Shown: in pieces, positions 40,296-54,049 of the stretch
Numbering within the stretch: the first letter of the stretch is position 1
Layout of the letters: each line of letters opens with the position of its first letter
Assembly: GCA_951406725.2 (NCBI GenBank)
Contig: OX597820.1
Location: 84,196,001 to 84,260,000, forward strand
Direction: 5' to 3'
Origin: Octopus vulgaris
Lineage: Eukaryota
DNA length: 64,000 nt
Made by a program: the position numbers and the translations under genes
Notes under the pieces: model-generated
Database searches by the model: none
The model's input: the letters and a program-made list of their open reading frames with translations, nothing else
Told to the model about the DNA's origin: nothing

Positions 40296-42401
40296 GTGCG
40301 TTTCTACATACATATATGTACATACCTACACATATATGTATATATACATGCATATATGAATATAGGACGTCAAAAAAACGCGAACAAAATAATAAAAAAA
40401 TTGAATATAAAAATACCAAAAACATGAATAAAGAACTTTTTTTTCGAACAACGAAAGAAACAAATGGAGAAACGTGTCAGGCAACATAAAGAACAATCGC
40501 TTCGTCACTGCCTGTCTCCTGTCTTAGCTCCTTTCTTCCGCTTTCACCAGTTTAACTCGTTATGGCTTAAAAGCCGTCACCGTCTGTATTTATTGTTTTG
40601 TTCTTACTGTCCTGTTTTTGTTACCACTTACGATGTTCAGGATATGGAGAAAACAGTGGCGGGGGTGGGGTTAATTTGTTTAGCATTCAGTTTTTTTTGT
40701 GAAAGATATCATACACAAGAAAGGAATGGATGGATAAGCAAATTTACAGATAGGAGAATCTAAAATGCTTCGTATGCAACCGTAGCAGCACATTGAAAAA
40801 ATCTGGAAGTGGTTACAGACATTTCCTTAGCCGTCATTTTCATGAGAAACAGCTTTGACTCTGGATTGTGTGAAAATGTATGTGTGCGTGTGTGTGTGTT
40901 CGTCCCCGTCCGTGTGCCTGCACGTGCGCGCTGGTATTTAATAAAAGCTGAAAATAGTTTTAAAAGTTTGAGAATTAACTTTTCACTCCCAGCACTCATC
41001 TATGTATCTCACCTAACTAACCACGTTTCACTTCTAGCCTATTCACCCAATTTATCTTTTTGAATTGTTTGAATCTATTATCCAACCTGGTTGCACCACC
41101 TGATGGCACATATTTTTCTGGGTGGTGAAAGTTTAGCTTTCCATACACAGAATGGTGTTCTTCAATAGAAGACATACTTCCATCAAATTCTTCTTTTGTT
41201 TCGACCAATAGCAATGCAATTACATTGGAGATGATGTCGCATCCATCTATTTCTCTTGTGTTTAGGCTCATTCTCCTACTTCGTTCTCATTCTAAACTCC
41301 CCGACAATTTCACACAGTTTTCCAGGGTCGATTCTGTAGCAATCATCATTAGACAATGAAATGGAGACGATACTTGTAAACTACAATCATCTTTGATGAA
41401 AAAGATGACCCATTGACTTCTGAATATAGCTTGTTAGGTTCTGATGCTTATGGAATTGAGAATAAAATGTTTCCTCGTACCTTTACATGTAGTATGACTT
41501 GTAACAGATGCTTACTTTTAGCAGAAGCCTTTTTTTCTCTGCTTCATTAAACAGTTCAAATCAACTTCTTTCCTGCCTCACTCGTTTGTTTAGATTGTCC
41601 TCAATAATTTTAAAATACTACAGTTGCAGTAATTGAACTCCCAATCTTTTGCTACTTTTGCGATTACTCTCTATGACCAATATAAGCGACACGTCTTCAT
41701 AATACACATTTGGTGGGTATTTAGATAGTCAAGACTAGATAAACTACGCCGACCACACTCGGTCAGAGGCTGATTTTTCTTTTTATCTCTGAAACATCTG
41801 CCTGTCAAGGAGGAACACATCCTTCTACACATTGGCTTGGTTACTCACAGAAACATTCCACAAAGGCATATGGAAACTTCCGCTTATTTGTGTACACAAT
41901 AGTCGCACAAGGACCTCTCCAACGTACTATAATTGCTCTGCAGTTTTAATTTCGATAAGTGTTGACTCATATATCAATTCGAGTTGGAAGAGTAACTACA
42001 TATGTGTTGCTGATGTTGTTTTTGGCGGTGGTGGTGGTTATTATCGTTTTGTTATTGTCATTACAAAATTTCGCGTTATCCAATTTTTTTGTCCGTACGC
42101 CTCAAATTGCAAATTATGCTGAACACAATTTCTATTAATTTAATGTGAATTTCTTCTGGTTTTTGATGTGACTAAGAGACTATACAATAAAATGTCCTAG
42201 AAAGGAAACATATTTCTAATTCGGTTAATGAAGAGGACGTTGAAATATTCCCAAACCCTTTGTAACATAAGCAAATATATTCGTACATTAGCAACATTCA
42301 CGATGAAAACGTCTTACTTTTTTTTTATATTTCTTATGTAATATTGGATTCTCAGTAAGGAAGAGTTGGCTGATGCTGGAATTCGTTAGCTTCAGGATTC
42401 G

Positions 42402-42458
<57 letters not shown>

Positions 42459-43259
42459 TTAATAATAATAATAATAACAACAACAACAACATAATAGAAA
42501 ATAATAATGATGACACTGGTGATAACAAGCTATAATTACACATAATGAAACATATATCAATAATGTTACTCTGAGACAGATTAGATATTGAAGACGGAAT
42601 CGTTGATGATGTGAGTGTGAAAATAATGATGAATTATAATAATTATTAATAGATAAACCTGCCAAGAAGCAGAAAACTCCGAAGTGCATTTAACACCTCC
42701 TAGACTTTGAAATAGAGATGAATAGACATCGTTAATGTAATCAAGGTTTTGAATGGTTAATTTGGGATCGGAAGAAAATTTGATAGGAATGGTTCCGGGT
42801 ATAAGAATTTCTCAGTGAGAAAAGGAAAAGGTGTGAAAGTAAAATATTGTTTTGTGGTTTGGAGAATGAGACCGAACTAATGACTATCGTTAAAGATAAT
42901 GTTGGAAATACGTAGACTTGGTATTCATGCCGTGGACATGGGGGACACATGAAATTCGTTCAAACTACAAAAGGTGTTGTACTGTGTACATCAAAGTAAC
43001 ATAACGATATGAATGTGAGAGAGGAGTAAGTGTTGAAATTAGACTTAGTCTCACTCGGCAAATAGAAGTAACACATTGTACATGGAATTGAAGAAAATAG
43101 TTTGCCGCGAGATAAAGAATCCTATCAGGACATTTCGGTGGAGATACATCAAAACTAACAATATATTAAGACGCCCACTTTTTGCAGTCCTTTTATTCTA
43201 TTACTAACTGACATTTTTTTTTCATATTATCAACATATACTACTAGTATTAATATATAT

Positions 43260-43383
43260 AGGGAGAGTTTACGGAAAAAAACAAACAAAAGACAAAGACA
43301 GGTGGTGTACAAAACAAACAGATGTATTAGTATAACGCTCAGGAATAGAAAAAGTCTTTTACGTTTCGAGCCTACGCTCTTCA
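43260..43383 (-). mobile_element. Penelope-like short element family 2, truncated inside the hammerhead core
   Basis: Close match to 59383-59500; minus strand begins TGA AGAGCGTAGGCTC GAAACGTA. Confidence 0.75.
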
Positions 43384-44584
43384 TATCCCTTTGCTCTTTT
43401 TTGTGCTATTTCAGACGTACAACTGGTAATTATATATTTCTGTACTCTGTGATTTGTGATGTACACAAATGAAATAATTTATTACTCTTTGGCATTATAC
43501 CATATCCGAGTAGTCAATATGTGGGGAAATATTGAGCCACTTCATCCTGGTGGGTGTCAAGAGTACTGGTGCCTGAGGTGGCAGTTCAGGCCAAGGGCTG
43601 TATAGAAGAACCGGGTGACATTTATCGAACAGGAGGGTTAGCGGTTTTCGAGGAAGTGCGAGTTGCTTTTTGCATCTTCGGTCTCTGATCTCAGCCTCCT
43701 AACGTGTTATTTTCTCACTAATCCGTTCCCTAGACGATGATATTTCACCACTTTTGGGCAGTCCTTGGAAATTTTCTCCCTACCTAAACACCAACCTATG
43801 TGTGTAGTCACGGTCAGAGATAATAGGTTATTTTTAAGGGCAATTTTTACAACTCCATATCAGATGAAGAGTTTTAGTTTTATAGATCCTAACATGGTTT
43901 TCGCAATCTAGCAAAATGCAACCAGTCAATCCAGTTGTATGTAGACAAGGATACATGTAGCAATGATCAGAATTTATCTATTTCACATCTTTATACTGTT
44001 GTATGTGAGGTATTAAAGGCATCATTACGCATACACTCACGCGTACACTTACGCATGCACTCACAATTGTGTGTGAGAGGTGTTAAAATCCAGGTGTGCT
44101 TGAGTAGCTACAGTAACGATTTTCATTTATGTACGTGTGCATGTGTGTGCTTGTGTGTATGAGCGTAAGTATATGTGTATGCGTGCATGCATATACACAT
44201 GCTCACACACATATACGTGCAGATTTTCTGCGTACATATGTGTGTATTTTCACGTATATACACAAATATATAATCAATTTACGCTTTACAAATGAAAGGA
44301 AAGTGCACTTAAGCCATTCGATTGTATACCTATCTATATGTCTGTGTATATGTGACCGCAAAGGTGTTTGCATGTAAGGGTGTGTCTATATTCTGTTAAT
44401 GATCTAGAACTTCAAACTTTCACACAAACGCAAAACGTTTCTGATCTTTCATCATCTGAATTTTCACAACGCTTGGCTGTTTGTGAATCTAGTGTCCAAT
44501 GTCATTAGTTGTTTGCAAACACACATGCAACACTCAAACTCACACATGCACACACAAGCATATGTCTGTGTGCTAGTATTGAAA

Positions 44585-44705
44585 TTTATAGAAAAACAAA
44601 AGACGAAGACAAGTGTAAGAAACAACAGGCAAGTGTATTAATGTGATACTTGAGAAAATAAAAAAAAGTATTTTACGCTTCGAGGCTACGCTCCTCAACA
44701 GAAGG
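44585..44705 (-). mobile_element. Penelope-like short element family 2, older copy
   Basis: Minus: CCTT CTGTTGA GGAGCGTAGCCTC GAAGCGTA AAAT; flank AAAAGACGAAGACA.GTG shared with other copies. Confidence 0.65.
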
Positions 44706-44762
44706 TTATAATTGGAAATAGGGAGAGAATTAAAATATACTTGTAGATTTCAGTGGTCCAGC

Positions 44763-44805
<43 letters not shown>

Positions 44806-44935
44806 CGCGTGTGTGTGTGTATGCATATATGTAAATATGTGTATATATATATATATACATATATACATATATATATAGATATATACATACATATATATGC
44901 ATGTATGTATATATGAATGTATATATACATATGTA

Positions 44936-44982
<47 letters not shown>

Positions 44983-45015
44983 TTATACACACACACACAT
45001 GTATATATATATGTG

Positions 45016-45170
45016 TGATTTTTAGTAGAATATTCAGCAGGTACAAAGTCTCTCGGCCATTTCGCGAATATGTTGGTTGTGATGGGCGAAATATTTCAGC
45101 GCATTTCAACCTACATATTCTCGAAACGGCTGTCAGATTTTGTAACTGCTGAAAATTTTTCTTAAAATCA
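45016..45170. repeat. 155-bp imperfect palindrome centred on GAAATATTTC (MITE-like)
   Basis: TTCAGCAGGTACAAAGTC...TTTCGCGAATATGTTGGTTG pairs with CAACCTACATATTCTCGAAA...GATTTTGTAACTGCTGAA. Confidence 0.85.
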
Positions 45171-46007
45171 TCTTATACCACCATATCATCTATTTGGATC
45201 ACAGCTTCTCATTCACCATGCGTATCTATTATCATCATCATCGATTACTAATACGGATATACAACATCATAAAATCTCATGCCAGTACATTTATGATTTC
45301 TCTATGGTTAAATATTTATATATTTATATATTTTTATATTATATCATAATATACATGAGTGCACCTACGAATGCTGTGAAATATTGCGATGCTATTAAAT
45401 ATATTGAGTGATTAGGAATACTGACGTCTGAAAAAATTTGCCTCCCCTTTCATGGTCTTCTATGTATATATATAAATGAATGAATGAATTATCCTTCGTT
45501 TACCGTTAACATGGAAAATTCAATAAACAGTTACCCGGGTAGCAAAATTTACTCAATTAACAAGAGAATGTAGCGACCTATTCAGAGTTTGAAACACCGG
45601 GTTAATGTGCAGTAATTTGTATAGTATAAGTAAATAAATGGAGTTGAACGCAGATGTTGTTCAAATTCTTTTACTTTCGACATATGTTTCGAAGTCAACA
45701 TTGGTTTTATTCCAAAGGAATAAAGTGTGTAAAAAAATGCAATCTTCTCATCAGGAAAGAAATAGAACCGATCTCAACAACAAGACATCCCAATATATCT
45801 CTCTTTATTTGTTCTCTACTTATTATTTCTTTACCACTTCTCTTCCTAGGGTCTGCCTTTAACGTCGGATCTACTAACAGTTTTTTTAAATACTTAATAG
45901 CGTTCTGTTTATCATGTATGCAGTCATCAAAATTGTTATAATGTCTTATTTACATATATATATATATATATATTCATGTATGTGTGTGTATGTATATATA
46001 TATATCG

Positions 46008-46202
46008 CCTGTCTACCGTTGGTGATCTTTTCCTCCGTCTTCCCTTCCTTGAATCTTTCCTTTTCCTATGTTTCTGACGAAGAGCTCTGCTCGAAACGTT
46101 AAATCCTCCTTCTTTCCATCCTTTCCTGAGCGTCTAATAACACTATACTTGTTCCACATCCTCGTGTTGATGTGCTTTCTCTTTGGGTTTTCATGTTTTG
46201 AT

Positions 46203-46209
<7 letters not shown>
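46008..46209 (+). mobile_element. Penelope-like short element family 1, between TA-rich tracts
   Basis: Matches revcomp of 32581-32790; carries an intact hammerhead. Confidence 0.78.
46070..46104 (+). ncRNA. Minimal type-I hammerhead ribozyme, intact core; predicted cleavage after U46100
   Basis: GTTT CTGACGA A GAGC TCT GCTC GAA ACGT T AAAT: stem I GUUU/AAAU, stem II GAGC/GCUC, palindromic ACGU stem III. Confidence 0.8.
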
Positions 46210-46273
<64 letters not shown>

Positions 46274-46681
46274 CCTCGGCCGTAGGGAGTTGAAATTTGA
46301 TAGCGTTGTGATGAGTGGTCACTCTACATCCATCCATCGCTACAGGTTTATAACTTTATGTTTTATAGAGTGTATGTGCGTGCTTATACACACACATACA
46401 TATATACATACATACATACATACATGCATACACAGGCGTATGTGCGGACATGAATACGTACATACATACACACATGTATGCATACATACACACATACATA
46501 CGTACATACATATATATGACGAACTAACTGTTACTTTCTTAGATGCAGCACGGACTTTGTCAGTGAACAGGTCTCGGATTTTAGCGACGAAAATATTTTG
46601 ACAAATTAAACTTAAATGTTGGAGTGAATCGAACGGCTTTTGTGTGTTTCTTAAATGGCTTATAAACACCTCCCACGCTGC

Positions 46682-46720
<39 letters not shown>

Positions 46721-46954
46721 CGCGTCTGTGTGTGGTACATGTTTGGCGATTTCGGTCTCTTTATCTGTGATAATCTGTATACCTCACACAATATACATAG
46801 TTATACTATTCTTATCAATGATATATTACATGTATTTACGTCAATTTTTATGAGATAGGATAACTGACACACACACACACGCATACACACATATATATAC
46901 AAGTGTGCGTATGTGTGTGCTTGTGAGTGTAAGGAAAAAAACAGCTTCAAATTT

Positions 46955-47137
46955 TGACACCAAGCAATTTCGATTGAGGTTGTAAATCGACTACATTGAC
47001 ACCTGTGCTCAACTGGTACTTGTTTAATCCATCCTAAATGGATGGCAGGCAATGTCGAGTTCGGCAGAATTTGGACTCAGAACTTCATGTCGCTAAGCAT
47101 TTTTCAGCGTTGCAACGATTCTGCAAGCTCGCCGTTT
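46955..47137 (-). mobile_element. Meta-like tRNA SINE
   Basis: CAACTGGTACTT..GGATGGCAGGCAATGTCGA..CGCTAAGCATTT..AACGATTCTGCAAGCTCGCCG. Confidence 0.75.
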
Positions 47138-47566
47138 TTATGTGCGGAAATATTGACTGCTATTTCGTAGTTGTGTCAAAGTAGTTTTCCTTGGACTGTA
47201 TATTACTTCCCAATCACAAGTCTTTGATAGTGGCGAAAAATGTTGAGGAAGGGAGCAATAATGCAGCAAAATTAGTGTGATGTAGTAGTGTATTTTGTTG
47301 TATATAAAGAAATTGATTTGTAGATAGTTTAATGGTGCAGGATTAAAAATATTGTATGACAAGGAGGAAGCCTTAAATATGAGAGATGAAGAAAATGGTG
47401 ACAGAGAAGACGAATTCTATTGTTTATAGTGAAAGGGTTGAAAGTATTGCAATTTATTTTGTCATTTTTTATTTTTTTTGTCTTCGTCAAACATCTATCT
47501 GTGGCTTCGTTTAAATTGGTTATTTTTTTACTTTTGAAATTTGTGTATGCATATATGTCTATACAT

Positions 47567-47654
<88 letters not shown>

Positions 47655-47859
47655 TCGTAGGGGCATTACTTACATCTTTGTATTAACAATTTTTTTCGTA
47701 AAAATAGAGAGGTAATATATCTCGCAAACCCTTTCCGTAGATATAAAAATTTATACTGAGATAAGTATTCTGTTTGCCTATACATAAATATATACATAGG
47801 CACACAAAAATACGTACACATGTATATCTATCGATGCATCTATCTATCTATCTATCTAA

Positions 47860-47895
<36 letters not shown>

Positions 47896-47896
47896 A

Positions 47897-47929
<33 letters not shown>

Positions 47930-48689
47930 GTCTATCTATCTATCTATCTATAAATATACATACATACATATATATATATATATAGTATATATATATATAT
48001 ATACATATGTGTATATATATATGTATATATATATATGTGTGTGTGTGTGTATACATATACATATATATATACATACATATGTATATATGTATATGTATAT
48101 ATGTGCATATATGTAGAGAGAGAGAGAGAGAGATGTTTCTATGTATGCTTCTATGTATACCATAATTACTAACAACATCCTCTTTAACATCGTGACTAAT
48201 ACTGTAGCTTGCTAGCACACACAACTGAACACACATAAATACGTACGTGCTCTTCCTATGTGACTGTTTCTACATTATATAATTATCTATGTCAAAATTT
48301 GATTATATAAGGTGTAAATGGCAATTTTGCAGAAGAACAGCTGCGTTTGCCTTGTTGTTGCTGCTGTTAATTCTCTTTTTTTTTATTCTCTGGTCACCCA
48401 TAGCTGACAGAGCTTGGATCAAAAGCATTACTGCCATGATTATCTCGTCTTCTCAGTCGCTTGTACTACTGCTGCCTTCTTCAAGATGAATGTTTCTTCC
48501 TTAAGACCGGAAAGCATGATTTGTGGATAGTGTGGTGGCTATTTCCTCAGGGTGTGTTGTAAAGTAGTGTCTCTACACATTAGCTCATATTATTCCCAGG
48601 TAGCCAGTTGGTAAATACAGTTGCTATAATCTGTCATAACTACTACAAATATTAACATAATTTAGAAGGGGGAATAGTTGAGTATATAT

Positions 48690-49505
48690 CAACAATGCAA
48701 ATTTGCGAAATTTCAAAGAAACTTGCGATTTGATTAAATGGAGATTAAATGGGAACAGTTTGCGTCCACTTAGAAATCTCTGACTGCAGCTGCCAGAAAT
48801 ATTCTTTTGCATCTCTTTTGCGTAAATTCAACAAAATTGTTGCCTGGAGACAGCCCGAAACGCATGTGTTTGAGAGAACTTCTATCAGATGAGGGGACAT
48901 CGAACAATCGTGTAGGGCAAGGCAGTTCGGGGAAATCGAATTGCGTTTTAAGAATGGGACCCACGCAGTAAGACATTCAGTGGAAACCATCGGCAATGAA
49001 GACTCAGCTCTCGCCTGGCTTAATTGTGAAAATGGGCAGTAAAATTAACAATCCCTTTGTATCTGATCAGACATTCATATCGGATGGCACACACACTGTT
49101 TAAAGCGAGTGAAAATTTAGTGAATGTGAAATAAAACGAACTAGAAAAATTGTGTTGGGGCATACTAGAAGTTCTTCTGCATGTCAAGCGCCAGGATCTT
49201 AAACGTAAGTAAATAAGTGCAATCAGGTGATATCCCAAACCAGAATGCTCTCAATTCTAACCCTATTCCTCCTCACTTCATGAACAAGAGATGATGCCCT
49301 TACACTGTCTGAGTCGGAGTCTTCCAATCATATTAGTGATGAAGAAGACAAATAATGAAGATGACAAAAGTGGGGGCGGGGGAATGTAAAATCATAAAAC
49401 AACACTAATTCCATATCGAACACAAAATAACGCTAAATCCAGAACAAATATCTATACAAAGTAAACGCACAAACAGCAATGAGCACACAATGAAATGAAG
49501 TCAAA

Positions 49506-49542
<37 letters not shown>

Positions 49543-51430
49543 AAGTAGAAGGTAAACAACAAATAATTGATAAATGACACCAGCAAAAACTACATCAACA
49601 AGTTGCGACCTTATCTAACTTTGTGCAAGTAAGAAGAAGAAAATTAAGAGTTGTTATCTTAGAAATCATAAAGAGGAAATATATAGACAGGAGATGTTCT
49701 CAGTAAAAGGCAAGGATTGTGTAGGAGGACCTGAAATTAATAAGTCTCTAGTAGATATAATGAATTGAGAACGATTTTTCCGTATGATATCGGGTCCCCC
49801 AGCATCATAGTCTCTAACAGGTCACTGCAGAACCCCCTTACAGAGATATGATTTTGATACACGTGATTACCTGCACAGGCAAATAGTAAAAGAACGTAAG
49901 TGAAACTTTCTCCTGCCAATATGGCAGCTTTAATGGAAGGTAGCATAAATGCATCTAGTCTAGATTCCCCATCAAGGAGGGAGTGCATGCTTAATGATTT
50001 AGGCAATCAGGTATGGATGTGAGTACTACCAGAGAGACCAAAATTGCAGACATTATAACACTGAGTTCTACACATCTCGGAACCGATTTGAAATGGAGGC
50101 GGAGTAGCAGTGTTATTTCGGAAAATTCTGCATCTCGAGATACGATGGATCATCTTAGACCCCGAAAGTAAATTTGTGGCTCTGGGTTTGCACGTCAGCG
50201 GTTTTGCCTTCAGACTAATTCGTGTCTACATCACGAGAGAAGCATAGCAAGCAGATATCTCCAGGTTCTGGAAGTTTTCCTCAGAACTTCCCTCTCCTTA
50301 GTGTGGTACGCAATTGGAACACCATGTTGGATGCACTTTTGGATTGCATGGGGTGAACCGATATTAGAGCTGTGCACAAATTTTGCAAGTCTGCTCCAGC
50401 CAATGAAAACCCAGGTAAACAGATCGTATCTCGATTGTATTCTAGAGAAGTGCAGATGGGGATAGCTTCGGGGCTCTTCAAATGAAATTCCGCGTCTGTA
50501 TAGACAAATTTATGGGGTACACTAATAATTTTGTGATCTATTGGGGAAAGAAACTGGTTCGTGTCGACAGGCACAAAGTAACTGGTAAACAAACACTTTT
50601 TTCTGTCGTGCCAAGACAGAGAAGATTGGTTTAACAAATTAGTCGAGCGGGAGTTGGATGAAACAAGCATCAACAACAGATGGTGGGTAGATCTTAGAAG
50701 GGCTTGTACATTAGGGTCGATACGGTTTAGTCTGGAACTAGTAATAGAGGCTTTCAGACTAGTAGGAGAGCTAAATAGGAAGAGAGGTGAGGAACTTAAA
50801 AGTTGCTTTTTAGATAGCTTGTTGAATGTTAGATTTCCCTTGGCCAGTGTGAAGGACAGAGTTTGCCTTTTCAGAGTTAAAATGTGTTCTCTAGCAAATT
50901 AAGGAACGACAGATTGTGGATGATAAGTGGTAGGTGCAACATGGTCACAAATCAAATATGATCGTCGACGCACAGGAATGGGCTTTAATGCTCTAATCCA
51001 AACATTATCTTATTAGCGATAATTATATAGTACCACATAAATGCCATGCCTTCCCTTCAGGGCTGACCAGAAAGGAGTGCTCCCTCATTGTTTCTGCAGA
51101 GAGAACGTATTCGGCTGGTCAGGCATTCCATTTGCAGTCAATGTCTGTTGCATCTAGGTGTAGTCAATGCCTGTTGCATCATTAGGGTCATGGTATATGA
51201 AGATGAGAAAGTAATAACATGGCTGTTTATGTGTAGCCGTGCGCTGAGTCTGCGGCATATCTAGCGCCTCCTTGTGGATAAACATATGTGGTAACAGTTG
51301 AGCCGTCTCATTTTTCCACAGCTCGTTACAATGACGGAGCTGCAGTCCTAGCACCGAAAATGTAACCAGGCGCATACTTCCTTCTGCAAGTCGGGAAATT
51401 CGTCGACTACTTGCAGGCGAAAGTAATGTG
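48690..51430 (+). mobile_element. Decayed Tx1/L1-clade LINE (ORF1 remnant, APE domain, RT largely deleted)
   Basis: From ~49921: MAALMEGSINASSL..., GGVAVLFRK..ILDPESKFVAL..AFRLIRVY, RNWNTMLD, RSYLD, INNRWWVDL; upstream RQFGEIELRFKN is ORF1-like. Confidence 0.75.
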
Positions 51431-52210
51431 TTACGCTACATACTTAAATAGTCGCATCAATAAAAATATCCATTCACATTAATTTTATGTGTATAAAATT
51501 TTATTAAATGGATCATGATTTAAACTCCTGATAAAAAGTTCTTGGTCAAAGTGTAAAGTCAATTAAATCTTTGCAAATATTAACTGAACTTAGAAGATAA
51601 AGACACGCAACTTACTATATGAAGTTCGGCCGCCGTCGCGCACGCAGAATTGGTTAGCCAGATCAAAACCTGGCTGATAATTTATGAACTATATGCAAAA
51701 ATTTCGTGGAATATGCATTCAGAAACACACCCACTGAAATAAAATTGTGTCTGCGTGTGCGCATGCGTGCGTGCATGTGTGTACGTAACAAAGAAAGATG
51801 GAGACGGAGAGAGAAAGAGAGAGAGAGAGAGAGAGGGTGTGTGCTGTTTTTGCCTTTAAATCTTTAGAAAACTCACTGGTATATGCGCAAATATATCTAT
51901 TACTTTTTTAAGTATCTAAAACAAAAATATAAAGTAACATCCCATCTAACTCGTGGCTGCTATCCTCTCCCACCATTACTGCTCCGACTTTTCGCTTCCT
52001 TTTAATAAAGATTTCATAGACAAAATAATTCGATCAATGTACTTGGTTCTTTTATATTCATTTATTTTTCAAGAACGTTAGGATTAATATTAAATACGAC
52101 TTTCGCTTGGGTTTGAAAGAAAGAATGATAAAAAATAAAGGAAGAATAAAAAAGATTTATATCGGAATAGTGTACTTCAATTTTGTCAGGAACTTTAACG
52201 ATTATCTATT

Positions 52211-52234
52211 CCCGCCCTTCCCCCGCCCACACCC
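52211..52234 (+). promoter_or_regulatory. Tandem GC boxes plus CACCC box (Sp/KLF-type), candidate promoter
   Basis: CCCGCCC TTC CCCCGCCC ACACCC in AT-rich DNA, followed by a GC-richer UTR-like block. Confidence 0.45.
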
Positions 52235-52534
52235 TGACAGTTTATCAATACTGCTACGCCGACATTTCTCTCGCATACGGCTATTGAGCTGGTTGGTGCT
52301 GCTTACTGCTGCAGCTGTTGCCTGCTGCCGGTCTTGTTGTTGTTGCTACTGCTGCTGCTGCTGCTAGAGTTGCTATTTCTGTAGACAGCAGCAGCGAAAG
52401 AAGTTAGTGCCGCCTAAATTTGAATCCATTCACAAGTGATTTCCTCAGCTGCGATGTATCACGGCTAAGTGGCGTCACTTCACCCGATAACATGTTCCAT
52501 TCAGTCGTTCATACAACTTTTCATTATCACTAAG
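52235..52534 (+). other. Candidate first (non-coding) exon
   Basis: CTG/TTG-repeat-rich unique block after the GC boxes, ending at donor AAG|GTACAT; start approximate. Confidence 0.35.
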
Positions 52535-53684
52535 GTACATGAAATTTGTTAAATCAATACTGGAAGTATATGGTAAACACGTGCATACACACAAACACAT
52601 AAACTTATAAGCACACATTCACACACTCACGCACATAAAAGCACGCACACACTTGCATCAATAAATGCCTTCCTCGCTTTCGCACGTACATATGTAACCG
52701 AGCATAAGCAAATAGACATAACCGTATGTATTCAAACATATCCATACACGAATATATTTCTACTTACACACAGCTATTTATTTGTACTGTTTAACACGCC
52801 GAACAAGGATATAATCACATTTCCTAATAACATCCCACTCATCCAAACACCAATACATGCAGATTTACACGGATATATATTAACACACGTATAAACACAC
52901 GCGGCGCCCTTTGGCAGATACGCATGGTGACAATCATTCTTGGATATACTATTTGTTCTCTGTTGCATTTAACTTTATAGAAACATTCATTTATGATCCT
53001 CAGCAGTGTGTACCAATACGATGTTGGTCACTCCAGGGATAAAATAATCAGAAGCAAAAAAAAAAGACACCGCGTCATGGTTTCGAAAATATGAATATAT
53101 TTTAGATAAGAATACGGAATCCCAGATAACACTCAAACAGCTATCTAAAATTTCAAATGCTACAGGAATAGTTAATTCATTATAAAAGTAGTCACGGCTG
53201 CATAAAGAATTAAAAGAGATATCACATCATAACTTTTGATATCTAATCAAACTCAGCTGTCATCAGATTTTTCCCCGTCGATTTGGTTTTATTTTTACTG
53301 CAAAATGCCGGTGACTGGATAATAAACCTGGATCGTTCAATCATTAGGGTCATGGTATGTGAAGATGAGAAAGTAATAACTGAGTGAGTAGATATCAATC
53401 TCTTATGTATATTACGTGATTTAAATATATTTCTTTTTTTTTTTTTTGTATCTGCTTAGAAGATAAAGCGTTGCTCTGTATGATGTTTCCTATTGTCAAG
53501 TTGTTAGTTTCGTAATTTTATATCCACTTGTGATATGTGCACTTTATCTACTTCGGTACACACAAATCTCTGTCCGGTTTAAGACCAACGGCTGATTCAT
53601 GGGAGTTTTTAAAAGTAACTTCTTTGTTGCTAACATTGTGCTGCAGTTCTAGCCAGTGGATGAATTTCTCATTTCTTTCATCAG

Positions 53685-53738
53685 CTTTCCGCTATCCTAT
53701 CTCGGACAACCAGAGTTTGGTAGAAGCTGCCCTTACTG
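53685..53738 (+). other. Candidate 54-nt exon
   Basis: Acceptor TTTCTCATTTCTTTCATCAG|, donor CTG|GTATGG, length 3n, two frames open. Confidence 0.35.
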
Positions 53739-53993
53739 GTATGGAATAAATATATGCATAATTGTATGTATATATGTATGTATGTATGTGTGCACGTATG
53801 TATGCATGTATGCATGTGTGGTTGCATGTGTATATATATATTTATTTTTGTTTAGAATTTGTGTGAATTTGTATGGAATAAGAACTCAACTGACAGTTAA
53901 ACACAGTTCAATTTTGATGGGTACACTATGTATAAAAGCGCTAATATTAAAATATTATAAAAACAGACTGGTACACCATTATTCAACAAATAT

Positions 53994-54049
<56 letters not shown>

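Noticed and set aside
40455-40490. GAAACGTGTCAGG, resembling the 3' half of a hammerhead
   Set aside because: No CUGANGA or stem II upstream
41017-43900. 84-aa ORF and zinc-knuckle-like words (YSCRGHGGH, SKDCP)
   Set aside because: Probably old LINE relics; family not supportable
45914-46102. Peptide YVSDEELCSKR shared with ORF 32686-32895
   Set aside because: It is the translated hammerhead core of a repeat, not a protein family
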